Part shown: positions 50,546 through 63,055 of the stretch, in pieces
Position numbering within the stretch: the first letter of the stretch is position 1
How the letters are laid out: every line of letters starts with the position of its first letter
From: Dicyema japonicum
Lineage: Eukaryota; Animalia; Dicyemida
Direction of reading: 5' to 3'
Assembly: GCA_011109175.1 (NCBI GenBank)
Contig: RDEW01000027.1
Coordinates: forward strand, 198,239 to 261,799
Length of the DNA: 63,561 nucleotides
Translations under genes and position numbers: made by a program
The notes under the pieces: generated by a model
The model's database searches: none
What the model saw: only the letters and a program-made list of their open reading frames with translations
What the model was told of the DNA's origin: nothing

Positions 50546-53500
50546 ATAAACATTTCGGAAAGCATTTTGTTTTGAGCAATGTATATAAACAATTCATTGA
50601 ACCATGGATCTCTTATGCATGTGGTCTATGGGGTTCACTCATCTCTTGGAGAATGTCTTGAAGATCAAGGCTAGCCGTAGAAAAGTCTCCAAAATCACGG
50701 GACGCTGGATTCCTGGAGAACTCCAACCACCAATCTCTCTTGAAGCCTTGATAAGAATGAACCACGGAACGCGCCGTCGTGAATGCGAAGGTCCTGTCAT
50801 TCGACCAGCCTTTCTTTATTTGCACTTTTCCGAATTCATCTCCAAGCCGGCAACATGAAAGAAATCGCGAACAACTTTCATCATTTTAATAACAATACCT
50901 TCTTTTAGTCCAAATATTATTTAGGTCATCAATGAACAACAAATGATTAGTAGAATAAGCCAGAGTATTAAGATCTTCCTAATTTATTAGGAGTCTTGGG
51001 AACATAGAGTTAAAAATCCTGCTCAAGGGTTCGATTACCATAACAAAAAGTTGAGGGGATAATAAATCTCCTTGCAGAATTCCACGTCCCAGTTTTACAG
51101 AATCAATTCTTCTTCTATCTAAGAGGAGATTTACAGTCCACTTCTTGACTATGGTTTTTACAAAGTTAACAATCCAACGGGGTATTCCTGAACAGTCCAA
51201 TACATGAAATAAAATTCATAGTCAACAGAATCAAAATCCNCATTGTCGTGAAGGAATTAGAAAGAACAATCCACTGCAGAGAGACTTGTCTACCTTTAAA
51301 AACCATTTCTGGTATATAGTCCTAACAGGGGATTTATTATTCATTCTCAAATTGCTAGTTTTAATTTTCTGAAAAACAGAATCAAATAATGGCCCACCTC
51401 CCACAAAACAACTTTACTTTCATGAAAATGCTAAGATCAAAAAGGAATCCTCCAACAAATTAGATAACTAGACTGTAGAGATTTGGATCCAAAATTATAG
51501 GATTTCTTGGATGCACAAAATAATACCGAAAATATTACCAGTAGTTTTAAAATAATTAATATATATGTCAAAGCAAATTAAAAATATATTTCAACTGTGC
51601 TTAAAAATATGATAGAGGCGACTGGAACAATGCCCTTGTGAAGGATTCGAGTATGTGGACCACGTCCATATCGGAAATGACCAGGAACGCAGTCGGAACA
51701 ACGAGAAAAGATTCGAAGACCGTTACGGGAGGCCGGGATCACCTGAATTTTGTTAATTTTGGTTATGACGGTGGTTTTCTTGTTCAATTATAATAATAAC
51801 AGTGCACAAATTTTTAATTTTAATCAATAAAGGCTTTAATTTTTTTAACAATCAAAAATTAAAAAACGACTAAAATCTCTTAACTAAGAGGTCAGGAATG
51901 CGTGAATTTCCATTTTTATCACTTTAAAGTAAACTACATCTTCATGTGAAAATCAAGATTGAAGTAGAGCAGATCTTTCTATGAAGTTGTAACGATTCTC
52001 TCGGACGACAGTTAATTTTGAAAATGTCGCTGTGGAAATATCAGGACTCTTAGGAAGCAAATTACTGACCCTGCTGAACCGTATCGGATCGCTTATCGCA
52101 CAGAAAAAAAGATGAGAGTGAAAGCAACTGGCTCATTGAGAAGCATTTTCCTACAGATTGGTTAACTGTTTTCTGTGGAAAGAGTTGAGCTTTTCCAGTT
52201 TTTTGGTGGTTTGGTCCAAAGTCCCCGCAATGTAAAGTATAAATGGTTCCATAAAGGAGTTGTACATCCGAATTCGAAGGTGACCTAAGTGAGGTGGATC
52301 CAATAACGCCATCAGACGGAAAGAACATAAATTTTTAACCAAAGGGCCACATAGCACCACATGGCGCGCAGGGGCTAGATTTTTATAGAAAAATAAATAA
52401 AAAATAAAAATAGGTTAATAAAATTTGTTAAATTTATAAACTCTTAATGTTTTTTTGTTCTATAATGAAAAAAAATATTATTTTTAATGGGGTACAATAA
52501 TTGCCTAATGAGTACTATAACTGCCTAGTGGCGGGGCACAATTGCACCAGTACCCCCAATAATTTGCTTACAAAAATCGATAAACCTTTAAAAGGCATAT
52601 TTTAAAAAAGTAATAAAATTAAATCATTCAGATCATTGAATAAAAGTGTTAATCAATCAAGTCGCTGATCATTTCATGAAGATGTTAGCAAGATTAATTG
52701 TCAAGGAAATCAACTTTGACAGTAAATTGTATGAAAATTCTGTCTTCGTCCTAGAACCGAAACCTATCTATTAATCGAATTTAAACAATCTTGTTCACAG
52801 CATTGATCTTGATCACAGTAAACTGCAGTAAGCAATATAAAAAATGAAATTATAAATGGAATCATTAACCAAAAATCGGCGATATTTGAATTTTATACTA
52901 AATTCATTAACGCAACGAAATTATTTAGGAACTTAAGTGAATTGTTAAATCTGCCTCAATAATTCGCATCTTCTTAAAGCTGGCCAACTCACACTATAGA
53001 CACTTCCAATGTCGATATCTGTTTTCCCCGATATTTATGTTCTACAACATCTTTTAAACGTTTTGTCACTCTCTGTACTGATGACAGAGCAGGGCACCAA
53101 AAATTTAAGAGAAACGAATGTAAATTGCTGTCTTGTAAGGAGAAAAACTTCATCAAAAATTCGTTCAACAGTCGCCATTTCTTTTTCTCACTCAAAATAT
53201 GCTTTTGGAAGTAGTAATCAATCGTGATGATTTTTAAAGTGTTGCTGCAAAATCCAAATATTCACGGATTGCAATCAGGAATTCTTTCATGTGAATAAAT
53301 GCACACAAGAAATCAAAAAAAAAAGACTGTTGCAAAAAAACAACCGTCGCCTCGCATGTTATGCTGTAAATAGTGACATCGTCGTCATAAATAGGAGATG
53401 GTCACTGACGAAGAGCGATTTCACTGCGAACACACATATGCCGTAGATTAAAACCAATGCGCTCGAAGTCTTTAGCGCTGTCAAAACAACACGGTGATCA

Positions 53501-55744
53501 CTATCAGTTGATCTTATCTATGATGAAACAACATCGAGAAAAAATGAGTATAACTTAGTAATGTAATATCTCTGGCTTAGATATTCTGCCTTGGCGGCTG
53601 GTCTTCACTTTATGTTAATGGGTACCAATCCTCTTCCAAACTAGTCTCTTGTCAGATAGAGTATATCTTCGTTTCCAGGCTTCAAATGATTCTGATTTTG
53701 TAAACGAATTCTATTTTTAGTCGATTATCACGTTCATAATGGTAGTGTTTTGCTTTATAGAAAATATGTTTAGGTCGTCCATAAACAGCAGGTGGTTTCT
53801 TGCATAACTATAAGATCCTCGATCGGGGTTGTGAATAACGACTTTGGAGTATTTCGTATTTAGTACCCTGCCCAGAAAATCAATTACAAGCTCAATGATA
53901 TGCGATGATAAAGAGTCACCATGCAATATCCCCCTCTTAATTCTGATTTCCTCAATTTTATGATTAAATTCAACTTAATTTTTCATTCTACAATCCAGTA
54001 AGGAAGTCCAGTTTTATCGAGTACCCTAAACTTCAGTTGATGTTCTTTTGTTCTTAGAGTGTTACTGATTCCAGCATCAATAAGAGGGCATCCAAGTATT
54101 TCCAGTTGTTCTGATTTGGTTTCTGTGGCTTTCGGAATGATTTCTCTGAACATATCAAGGATCAAGTCCCATTCAAGCTGCGGAAATCTAAAATTGATGA
54201 CTTCACACTTATTGTAGTCTAGAGATAGGCATAGGCATTCCAATTGGACTATCAGACTTTTCAAACAATCTAGTATATCCTTCGGATGGCGCCCATGGTG
54301 CAATAATCCAAGTACCATACTCTCAGAGGAGTGGAACAATATCCTGTGATACGGGCATTCCCAGGATGAACAAGGCAGGCCCCAGTGAGTCTCCTTGTTG
54401 GACTCCAGAAGTCGATTGAATGTAATATTGGCCGTGTACCAGACTGGATGGTTTTCTGTACGAGCTATGATTATAACTGTACACTGATGGGTAGTATGTG
54501 AATCGATCTTCCAGAATTGTATCACGTCGTATCGAGTTGAAGGCATTTTTAATGTCAATTTTGACGATTACGTGAGGAATGTTCTCGTTCTTTTCGGTGA
54601 ATGTTCGGACAGCATGAACTGCCGCTTCACAACCCCCCGGCGTGCCGACCCCTATTTGGGTTGTTTGTAGCTGTTATCAGCGTAGGCAGGATTATTCTGC
54701 ATACTAGCTTTGGCAACACAAGCCGGACCCAAGAGTTGCCCGTGTTATGAGCAATGAGATCTTTGAGGTGACCCGGACGGTCCTCACTGCTGTTCGGGAC
54801 GAAAGAGAGAATCCCATCTTTTACGTCCTCTTTAGAGACAAGTAGATTGGGTAATTGTCCTGGGCAAGAAAAAATCCGGTAGTCGTTGGGGAGACTTGGG
54901 TGTCACTCAACAAGTGATGCGTAGGAATGTTCAGAGGTCTCAATTATACGGTGTTGATCTGCAAGGATCCTCACGACAGCACAAATTCCACCTTCCGAAA
55001 GTTTTCGACGGATCGCACTTCTTAATCTCTGAGTGTCCGAGATAGTCGATGTTGGCTTCCCATGGTTTTGGGATTTATAGGTGAGCTTTTCTGAGTCTGT
55101 TCTTTGAGAAGAATGTGTGGACACTTTTTTACTAATGACGTAAGTGATTTCTCTTCTTTCTCCCTTTTATGGGGTATGCATAGTGTGAATGGAGCGAAGC
55201 AAAATAATCGTACCCGATCCTCAGAGTCGTCCGAAGAAACTACCCTTTCAATACACTCACATAGGCAGTCCGCGACAGATATACGGGTAGCTTTGGGGAT
55301 CCTGATCAGGAGTCTTCGAGTGTTTGTCAGGTTTGAGATCAATTCAAGTATTTCCTGATGATCTAGTGGACCATGTTCATAATGGTAGCCGTAGGGAAGA
55401 GTTTGTCGTATTATTTGAAAGGAGACAAGACCGACAGTGCCAATCGGAATTGGCAGCCAAAGCTCTTTTAGTCATTCCGGCACAGGATATGTGGAAGCCA
55501 CACGAACAGGCTGTGAAATGGATCATCCGCTTTCTTTTGTGCATTATGTTGCATTTTTTGCAGATCTCATCTTCTTTTGCAGTTTTCTGCATGTTTTTTT
55601 TGATTTTCCTTTTTTTTTCTCTTCTTTTCTCTTAGCACCACAACGACCACAACTAGCAATTGCGTAAAAGGTGAAATTATATCGAAATAAAATTCAAAAT
55701 CATATTGTGTTATCAAGACTATACAACCAGTCTATATAGCCCTA

Positions 55745-56490
55745 TACAATACCAAACATATGGAAGAACTCATTGATTACTCCAAACCTCAAGCCTGGAA
55801 AATCAAAAGACATTCCATCCTCTTACCGCTCTGTCTTTATAACTTGCGCCTTGTCAAAAGTGTTGGAGAAGCTTGTACTAATGTTAATCACCCCTGTTCT
55901 ACAATTTCCTGATTTTCAACATGGCTTCAGATCAGGCCGTTCTACAACGACGCATTTGGAGTCTGTCTCACAGTTCATCATAGACGGCTTCAACACGCAC
56001 TTACGAACGGCTCTGTATAGATATATAGAAAGCCTTCGACTCGGTTTCGAGGACTCTCCTAACGAAGAAGATCTTTAACTCAAATTTACATCCAAGCATC
56101 ATGATGTGGCTGGAAAATTTCTTAAATGGTGAAAGAGTCCGGATTGGAAAAATTACTTCAAATCAAGACTACTGCATAATGGGGTCCCACAAGGCTCCCC
56201 TCTGTCTCCTCTGGTGAAAAATGGTCTGGGCTTCCTACGTATGTGCAATGAGCGAGGAAACCCATTCAGAGAGAGGGTGGTTCATGAGGAGTTCAGATCG
56301 GCATTAAAAAAAGTGCTCTCCGATAGAATTCCTCTGCAGAAATAAAAGAAGACATTTCAGAAACGCTGTTGGTTTACTGGCGGAGCATTCGAAGAGAATT
56401 CGAAAGATGTTGGAAGCTGGGATGACTTAATTTAGCAAGTTAATTATTTCTTTCTTGGTATCTTGTGGTTTTAAAATAAATAATAATAAT
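55745..56490 (+). mobile_element. I/Jockey-like LINE fragment ending ~50 bp upstream of the GH27 gene
   Basis: SYRSVFITCALSKVLEKLV, FQHGFRSGRSTT and GVPQGSPLSP motifs; (TAA)n tail. Confidence 0.8.
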
Positions 56491-56541
56491 AAATAAAATT
56501 CAAATATATTATCATTATTCCTATTTGTTGTAATAATTGAA

Positions 56542-57805
56542 ATGTTATTTATTCTAATATTCCATTACGTCACTTCGCTTGATAATGGTCTCGGTCTCAC
56601 TCCTCCAATGGGTTGGACTAGTAGGAAGTACTGTTCGAAGGTAAACCTCGACCAATCTGCTATAAGGTAACTTTAAAATCATCAGCAAAGTGACCACTTT
56701 GTAAGAAAAACAGTTAATTATTTGGCCGAATCAGGCCTTGGTGACGCTGGTTATAAGTTTGTTCTTCTTGAGAACTGTTGGATGGCCAAAAATAGGTTGA
56801 AAAATAACCTAATTCCTGACCCAAAAAAATTTCCAAGAGGAATGAATGATCTAAGCAATTACGTATTGAATCAGAGATAACGTAGATTCACAACATGGGG
56901 TACTCTCTTGGTCTATCTGGGAGCATTGGAAAAAAGACTTCTTCTGGAGGTCCTGGCACTGTAGAATTCTTCAGTGAAGATTCCCTTCAATTTTCTTATT
57001 GGAAGGTAGATTATGTAAATCTTGATGATTACTCATCTGACCTTCCCAACAGAGATGTGGGTTGTCTTAAACTATAAGGATTAGGATTTCCTACGATGAG
57101 CTACTTCCTTAATTCCACGGAGAGACCGATGATATTTTCTTGTGGCTGGGGATCTCTCAATGTAGGCTTTCTGTGACATTCAGATTTACTACATGAATTT
57201 GTTCTGCAATGTTTTCAGAGCATTCAATTTTACCGTCACCAAATGGTCGGATATAATGGACGTTGTTGACTTGTACGAGCAATACAATTTCACGGAAAGT
57301 ATTGGTCCCGGTGGTTTTACTGACGCTGGTCCGGTAAAGAATTTTGTACACTCAGATAATCGATGGATTACCTCAACAAGTCAAATCTCAACTAGTGATC
57401 TGGTCGATGATGCCTTCTCCGTTATTTATATCCGCGGACGTTACGGAAATGGAGTCATCGGTTATTGATATGTACAAAAATGAGAATTTGGTTGGTCTGA
57501 ACCAAGACAAGCTTGGATTGCCGGGATTTGTTTATTACAAGGTTGGGGATTTGTTTATTGGGTAGGACAAGTCTATTTCTGTGTGGATGAGACGCTTGGA
57601 GGGGGACAAAATTGCTGTGATGTTCATTAAGAGGACTAGATACGAATCTATAACGTACGGGACATACTTGAAAATCAATGGTGGATTCTCACGATACAAA
57701 GTCACAGAGTTATGGAGTGGGGGTTTTGTGGGGTATCTGAATAATGGTGACTTGTTTGAAACCACAGTGGGATACATACACTGTAGTATTAACCCCCGTC
57801 CGTGA
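56542..57805 (+). CDS. GH27 alpha-galactosidase/alpha-N-acetylgalactosaminidase homologue, ~374 aa, secreted, predicted catalytically inactive
   Basis: Six introns (56667-90, 56863-85, 57061-84, 57162-83, 57334-55, 57542-65). Signal peptide MLFILIFHYVTS, then LDNGLGLTPPMGW, DAGY, CW, DPKKFPRG, GPGG, SPLFISAD, NQDKLG and VWMRRL. The exact C-terminus is uncertain. Confidence 0.88.
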
Positions 57806-58019
57806 CTATAAATTCCGACTCGAAATTGAAATTGACTAGTTAGTATTTGACATTAATTTATTTTGGGAAGTTAATCGTAGCAATATTAGTTTCACTCATA
57901 TCGTGATTCTGAAACCCACCCTCTCATCTTTTCCTTTCTCTATATACCCAGTCTGTCTAAGAACCGTACCTTATTTGAATTGAAGTCTTGATAAAGGGTT
58001 GAAGAAATTTTGCTAAAAA

Positions 58020-58969
58020 TGCACGAGGCATCGGAGAATTTTGATTGTAACTGAAGTGGTGTGGCGCCTCTATATAAGTGTCTTCAATTTACGATGGATG
58101 AAAGCAACTGTCTTACTTTGTGAGCATGGGCGAAGTGACATATTAAGAAGACATTGGAAACCCGAACTTCTGAACAAAGGAAATGCCGGATTTAGCAGGA
58201 TCTGGGTTCGAGTCTTGTTCTGCCCAAAATTGGTAAATAGTCTTTAAAAAGCTACACGTATGCTCAATATAATTATGACGCTAGTAGTCCAGTTATCATT
58301 GAAGTTGGCTCAAGCTGTGTCAAGATTTTTTTCTGATAAACGTATACTCGAAGAATAATAGTCATTTTCTGTGTTTCACCTCAGATGGACCTGACAGACA
58401 GGTTTTGTCCTATTAGCATTTCTAGACGCTACCCTTATCCTTGTTTCCCATAAATGGCCACAGTCGTGCATTATTAATGAAAAAAAGTTTGAGAATTTGT
58501 GGAGAACAGAACATGGCGGATAACTTCAGGAAGTACTCAGACATAATCCAGTTAATATGTGAGGTAATTGAATTCGTAAGACGAAGTCCTGGATCTTTTA
58601 CGGACAAAGAAATTAAATATTTCAGATAGCTAGGTCTCATTCCGTCGAACTCATCACTGCTACTAGGGGAAAAATTCTGTATTGCGAGAAGTACTTCATC
58701 TTTTGATGCAGTCAGGGACTCACTCCGACTGGAGGAATGAATGGGAGTAGGTTGCGAGGAGGCAGAAAATGCTTGCTCATAAAAATGCTGTAGGCGTCGG
58801 TTTTCGTGGCCAACTTGAAGAAAGTGCCAAGATGGTTGCGTATCACCTTCAATTAACTTTGAACAACAGTTCCCTTAAAACGGACGACTTCCACTTTCTT
58901 GTTCTGACTATTTGTCTCCCATGTATGGTTAGAAAATGTAAGGAATCTGGGGATATGGGTTTCGCCTAG
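58020..58969 (+). other. Unresolved, possibly spliced coding region
   Basis: Several 19-24 nt GT..AG candidates (e.g. 58361-58384, 58402-58425) and 60-70 aa open frames, but no consistent gene model or recognisable homology. Confidence 0.25.
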
Positions 58970-59089
58970 AAAAGATCGAATGTTGGTCCTCATGATGGCA
59001 GCAAGAGACTCCTTTCCGATTAAGTCACATTGCCGAAGGAGCAAAACTGAGTAGATGTACCCCCGTTTTGTATTGCGTTCGTTCGGATA

Positions 59090-59720
59090 GCATTTTCGTT
59101 CGTATTGGAAAGGGTTTCCGCAGCGAACAATAGCCAACGAGATACGTTCTCGGAACCAACCAGTCTCTCGCGGATCCTTGGTCACAGCTTAAATCATGGA
59201 GCCGATCTTACGAACCAACGCATCTGCTTGGGGGCCAAGGATTTCTGACGTTTCAACGCGAATGGAACAAAAAGATTACTCCTCCGAAATTCTCTGGTAC
59301 TTCCTCCTCTTTCGTTCTCGGCCTGCTTTGAAGCATGTCCTGGTCTGAAGCAGAAGCAACCAAAATTAGACGGGGAATAAGTATCAACACACGTCGCGTC
59401 CCAGATCAGGTTTCGTCTGTTGGTGAATGGAAAAGTCGTCATCCCATCAGGGCGTTTTCCATCGTTTCGGAAAGACCAGCAGGTTCTAACAGGCAATGGT
59501 GTCCAGCAGAGGCAAGGGAATTCTTTAGTGTCATGTTAAGACAGGAGTGCCTGAGGAAACGACCCGCACTCATCTTGCATGACAAGGGATGATAACCAAA
59601 AAAATCGATCCAACGTCCACAGCGGCATTTACTTTCGGCACACAATTTAAGACCAAGACGAAGTGAGGTAGCTATTCTCACAGCCTCATCATCCAAAAGG
59701 TTTCCAATTTCGGCAGATGG
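59090..59720 (-). mobile_element. CRE-like CCHC/REL 3' region
   Basis: CRCG..ID.FGYHPLSC..AGRF.RH, DGKRPDG and WDATCVDT motifs; the end is the same as 31710-31810. Confidence 0.85.
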
Positions 59721-59829
59721 ATAAGCGGAACAGGATATTCAGAATATAGGGGGATGGATTGTTCAGATAAAGGGAGGTAATATTAGTCCTAGGTATCTTT
59801 GATTAGTTTATTTGTAAACAAACAACAAT

Positions 59830-62060
59830 AGTTAATAGTTAACATCAAATTCCATTTTCATTTCAACTAGTACTCCGACATACAAACGTGACCGCCCGCT
59901 TTCCATCGTTTTTTGATCGTTACCGTCTGCATGTAGGCTCCTACAAAGCATTCCAAATTTAAGTGGCTCAAGTGGTGTTTATAAAATTTGCTTACGACTC
60001 CATCCCAAGTGAGGACTACTGGGACCACGTATACTTTTGCTTTGTGCATTATCCCCAGCTCACTTGCGAGAAAATCATACTTCTACATGTTTCAAAGAAT
60101 CTTGGGAGGTTATTCCCACTTCTATTAGCGTTATTATGTTCTTGATTTTGTCATACACGAAAATATCCGGCTTGTTATTTTCTATTCTCGTGTCCGTAGC
60201 TATTGTTGTCAACGTGAATTTCCACAAATTCAGTTACAACCGTTGATTGCACTGAATGAGTCTTCAGTCTTTTCGATTTCTTTATTCCATACTGCCTGCA
60301 CAGGTGTAAGTGTATGCAGCTGACGACCTCATTATGACGACGTAGGTAGTCACTATTGAGCATTCTTCCACACCTTGTTGGCCAGATGATCAACTGTTTT
60401 TTTTCGCTGAATTGCAATGGCTGCATTTTGCGCCATTTTCATCGAAGAAAACATTCCGATCTTGGACATAGCATAGCATTCCCTCGGTCCTTGGGAAGTT
60501 ATTCTGGCGATTAACCATTGGCTAGATTGTTTGATATCAACATTCTGATCTTATGTTGAATCAAACATCATAGCATGCATAGGTTTCTTTTTATTTTTTT
60601 AACAGTTCCTTTTGTTGTATATCCTTTAGTTTTTTTAGATTTAAGTGCTTGTGTCTACGCGGTATTTTCCAGCAGTGGCCATATGATTTTTCTTTGCGTT
60701 CAAGACCCGTAAAATTCCTGCTCTTCTCAAACATTTGTTGGACTTGTGTTGCAGGTCATTGTAAAAATGAAAAAGTATTATTTCACTTTTACATACAACA
60801 AAGTCAATCCTCTCCAAGAAAATCTCTGTAAATATAATCTTTCTTTATTTGCAGGTTTAAAGTGAATCCGAGAATTTAAAAGTATCTACGTATACACTTG
60901 TCAATTGCCTCAAACTCATCAGGTTCAATTTCAATGAGTCCTATATAATAATTATATAGAAGTCGCATGCTCATTGATTGCCTTGAAGAAGTTAACACTA
61001 TTCAGTTTAGTCTTCGTTAGGTTCACGATCCTATTCTCCGCTTCTGCATAAATAGACTTCATCCCATTAGTCTTCATGACGTCACTATATTTGTCTTCTA
61101 ATACGCCAAGATATCGATATCCTCCAAGACCGTCAAGTAACATAGCTTTTTTCAACCAAACATTCAACATTTGTGGCTGATTTGTCGATATTAGGCTCCA
61201 GTCCAGCCACATCAAAAAATTTTCCAACTTCGTTCATCATTCTTAGCATTGTGTCATCCTCATAGGATATCAATTTAAGATCATCCATAAACACAAGTGG
61301 TTAGTAGCATAGGTAGAGTATTTCCCTCAGCATCCATGGTCACTTTAGAGTATTTACCATTTAATAGTCGATTCAACGGATTAATCAATAATACAAATAA
61401 CTGTGGAGATAAGGAATCTTCTTGTAATTTTCCATTAAATTTTAGTTGGAGTGTCCACATTTTCAAGTTTTTTTATAAACGTAATAATCCATATAGGTAA
61501 TCCAGAGTTTTCTAAAACTTCGTACAAAAGCCATGATCCACAGAATCGAACGTTTTCTTTACATCGATCCAAGTCGAGCGTAAATGGCAGACTGTTTGTT
61601 AATGCATTGGTTGACCAAGGCTTGTTCCTTTGCGCCATGGCACATTCTACGAGTTCAACTGGTTATCACTGATTAGATCGAATGCTTCAATTTATTTGCT
61701 CAGCTTGCTATTCACCCACTTTGTTGTCAATTTATGGAGGTTAGACGTGATCTGACTAAGGTCCTTCGGAGAGTCACAAACCTCTTTCTTCGGGATAAGG
61801 TAAGTGACACCGTGAAAACCAAGCCTCAGGAGTCGATGTTTCCTTTATCACCTTTTCTACTTCTTTGTATAAATGTTCATGGAGTGACGAAATCTTCTTA
61901 ATAAAGAAATTGTAGATCCCATCACATCCGCACGTTCTCCAATTAGGCAATAGTTTGATTATTTCCAACAATCCTTCTTTCGAGAACTCAGCATACGTCT
62001 CCTCTTCCCCAGTAATCCTTTTGGATATAAAGAATCCCACATCCTTCTTATCTTTTCATT
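59830..62060 (-). mobile_element. R4-like non-LTR retrotransposon (RT + CCHC + REL), pseudogenised
   Basis: GCDGIYNFFIKK, LQEDSLSPQLFV, FMDDL, YRYLGV, TRCG..DYLRRHNEVV and VVPVVLTWDG motifs. Confidence 0.85.
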
Positions 62061-62066
62061 ATTATT

Positions 62067-63055
62067 GGTTCCCATTCAAAATGGCCTCTTTCAAAATGGC
62101 CTCCAATTAAATTTCTCAGGTTTTGGATAAGTTCATCAATAGACATCACGAGATATTTTACCAAGGTCCTCGACATCTTTAGGTAAAAAAGTCATCTTTT
62201 TTAAATCTTATAAAAATTGATTTTACCAAGGTGCTCGACATCTTTAGGTGAAAAAGTCATCTTTTTTAAATCTTATAATTGAAGCATTGTGTCATATTCA
62301 TTTTCACTTTTTGATGTTAAAAGACAGAATATTATTGAATTACATGGTGATTAATTATTACCGATATTGTGAATAACTGCTTCCAAGGAAGCTTTATGTT
62401 TTCCGTATTAAGCTCTCTTGACAAATTCACTCCTTGGAAGATGATTGCTTCAGACTCCAAACTTCATCACACGATTGAATGGTTTTTACAGATCCAAAAC
62501 AGGTACGACCTGAGCACCTCTAATATGTGCTTTGTCCCTTCTTGTATTTTAAATGGTACAGATTTTCATCATGTTCTAAACTTCTATTTCCCTTTCGGTT
62601 AACGAGAAACGGCATGCAATAGTGAATCAATTGATTAATTAAATTATTCAAAAGTTTTATTATAATAAAAGAAATTAAAAGAAATAATAACTCATTAAAT
62701 TTAGTTTTGATAAATATAATTAATTTTTACCTCGAAGTCACTTAGAATCTTAAAATCATAGGGTTCGGAAGACCATGGTAAAATGTTCCACTTACCCATA
62801 GGACCTCTTAAAATAAATTTTATAAGATTTAAAAAAGATGACTTTTTTATCTAAAGATGTCAAGGACCTTAGCAAAATGTTCCACTTACCCATAGGACCC
62901 GGTAAAATCAATTTTTATAAGATTTAAAAAAGATGACCTTTTTACCTAAATATGTCGTTTCGCTAATATCTCGTGATGTTTATTGATGAACTTATCCAAA
63001 ACCTGAAAAAATTAATTGGAGGACATTTTGAAAGAGGCCATTTTGAATGGACACG
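62067..63055 (-). mobile_element. Non-autonomous MULE-like element with ~200-bp TIRs and a FLYWCH remnant
   Basis: TIR ends ...CCATTCAAAATGGCCTCTTTCAAAATG on both sides; possible 8-bp TSD TTATTATT. The minus frame from 62615 reads MPFLVNRKGNRSLEHDENLYHL..KGQSTY*RCSGRTC. Confidence 0.7.

Larger units (their letters stand above)
40156..55790. repeat. Head-to-tail segmental duplication (unit ~45472-55790; first copy 40156-45473 has an N at 40901 in place of ~5.3 kb)
   Basis: 40156-40900 matches 45472-46215, and 40902-45473 matches 51565-55790. The junction at 45472 has CA microhomology, and both outer flanks continue the interrupted elements. Confidence 0.8.
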
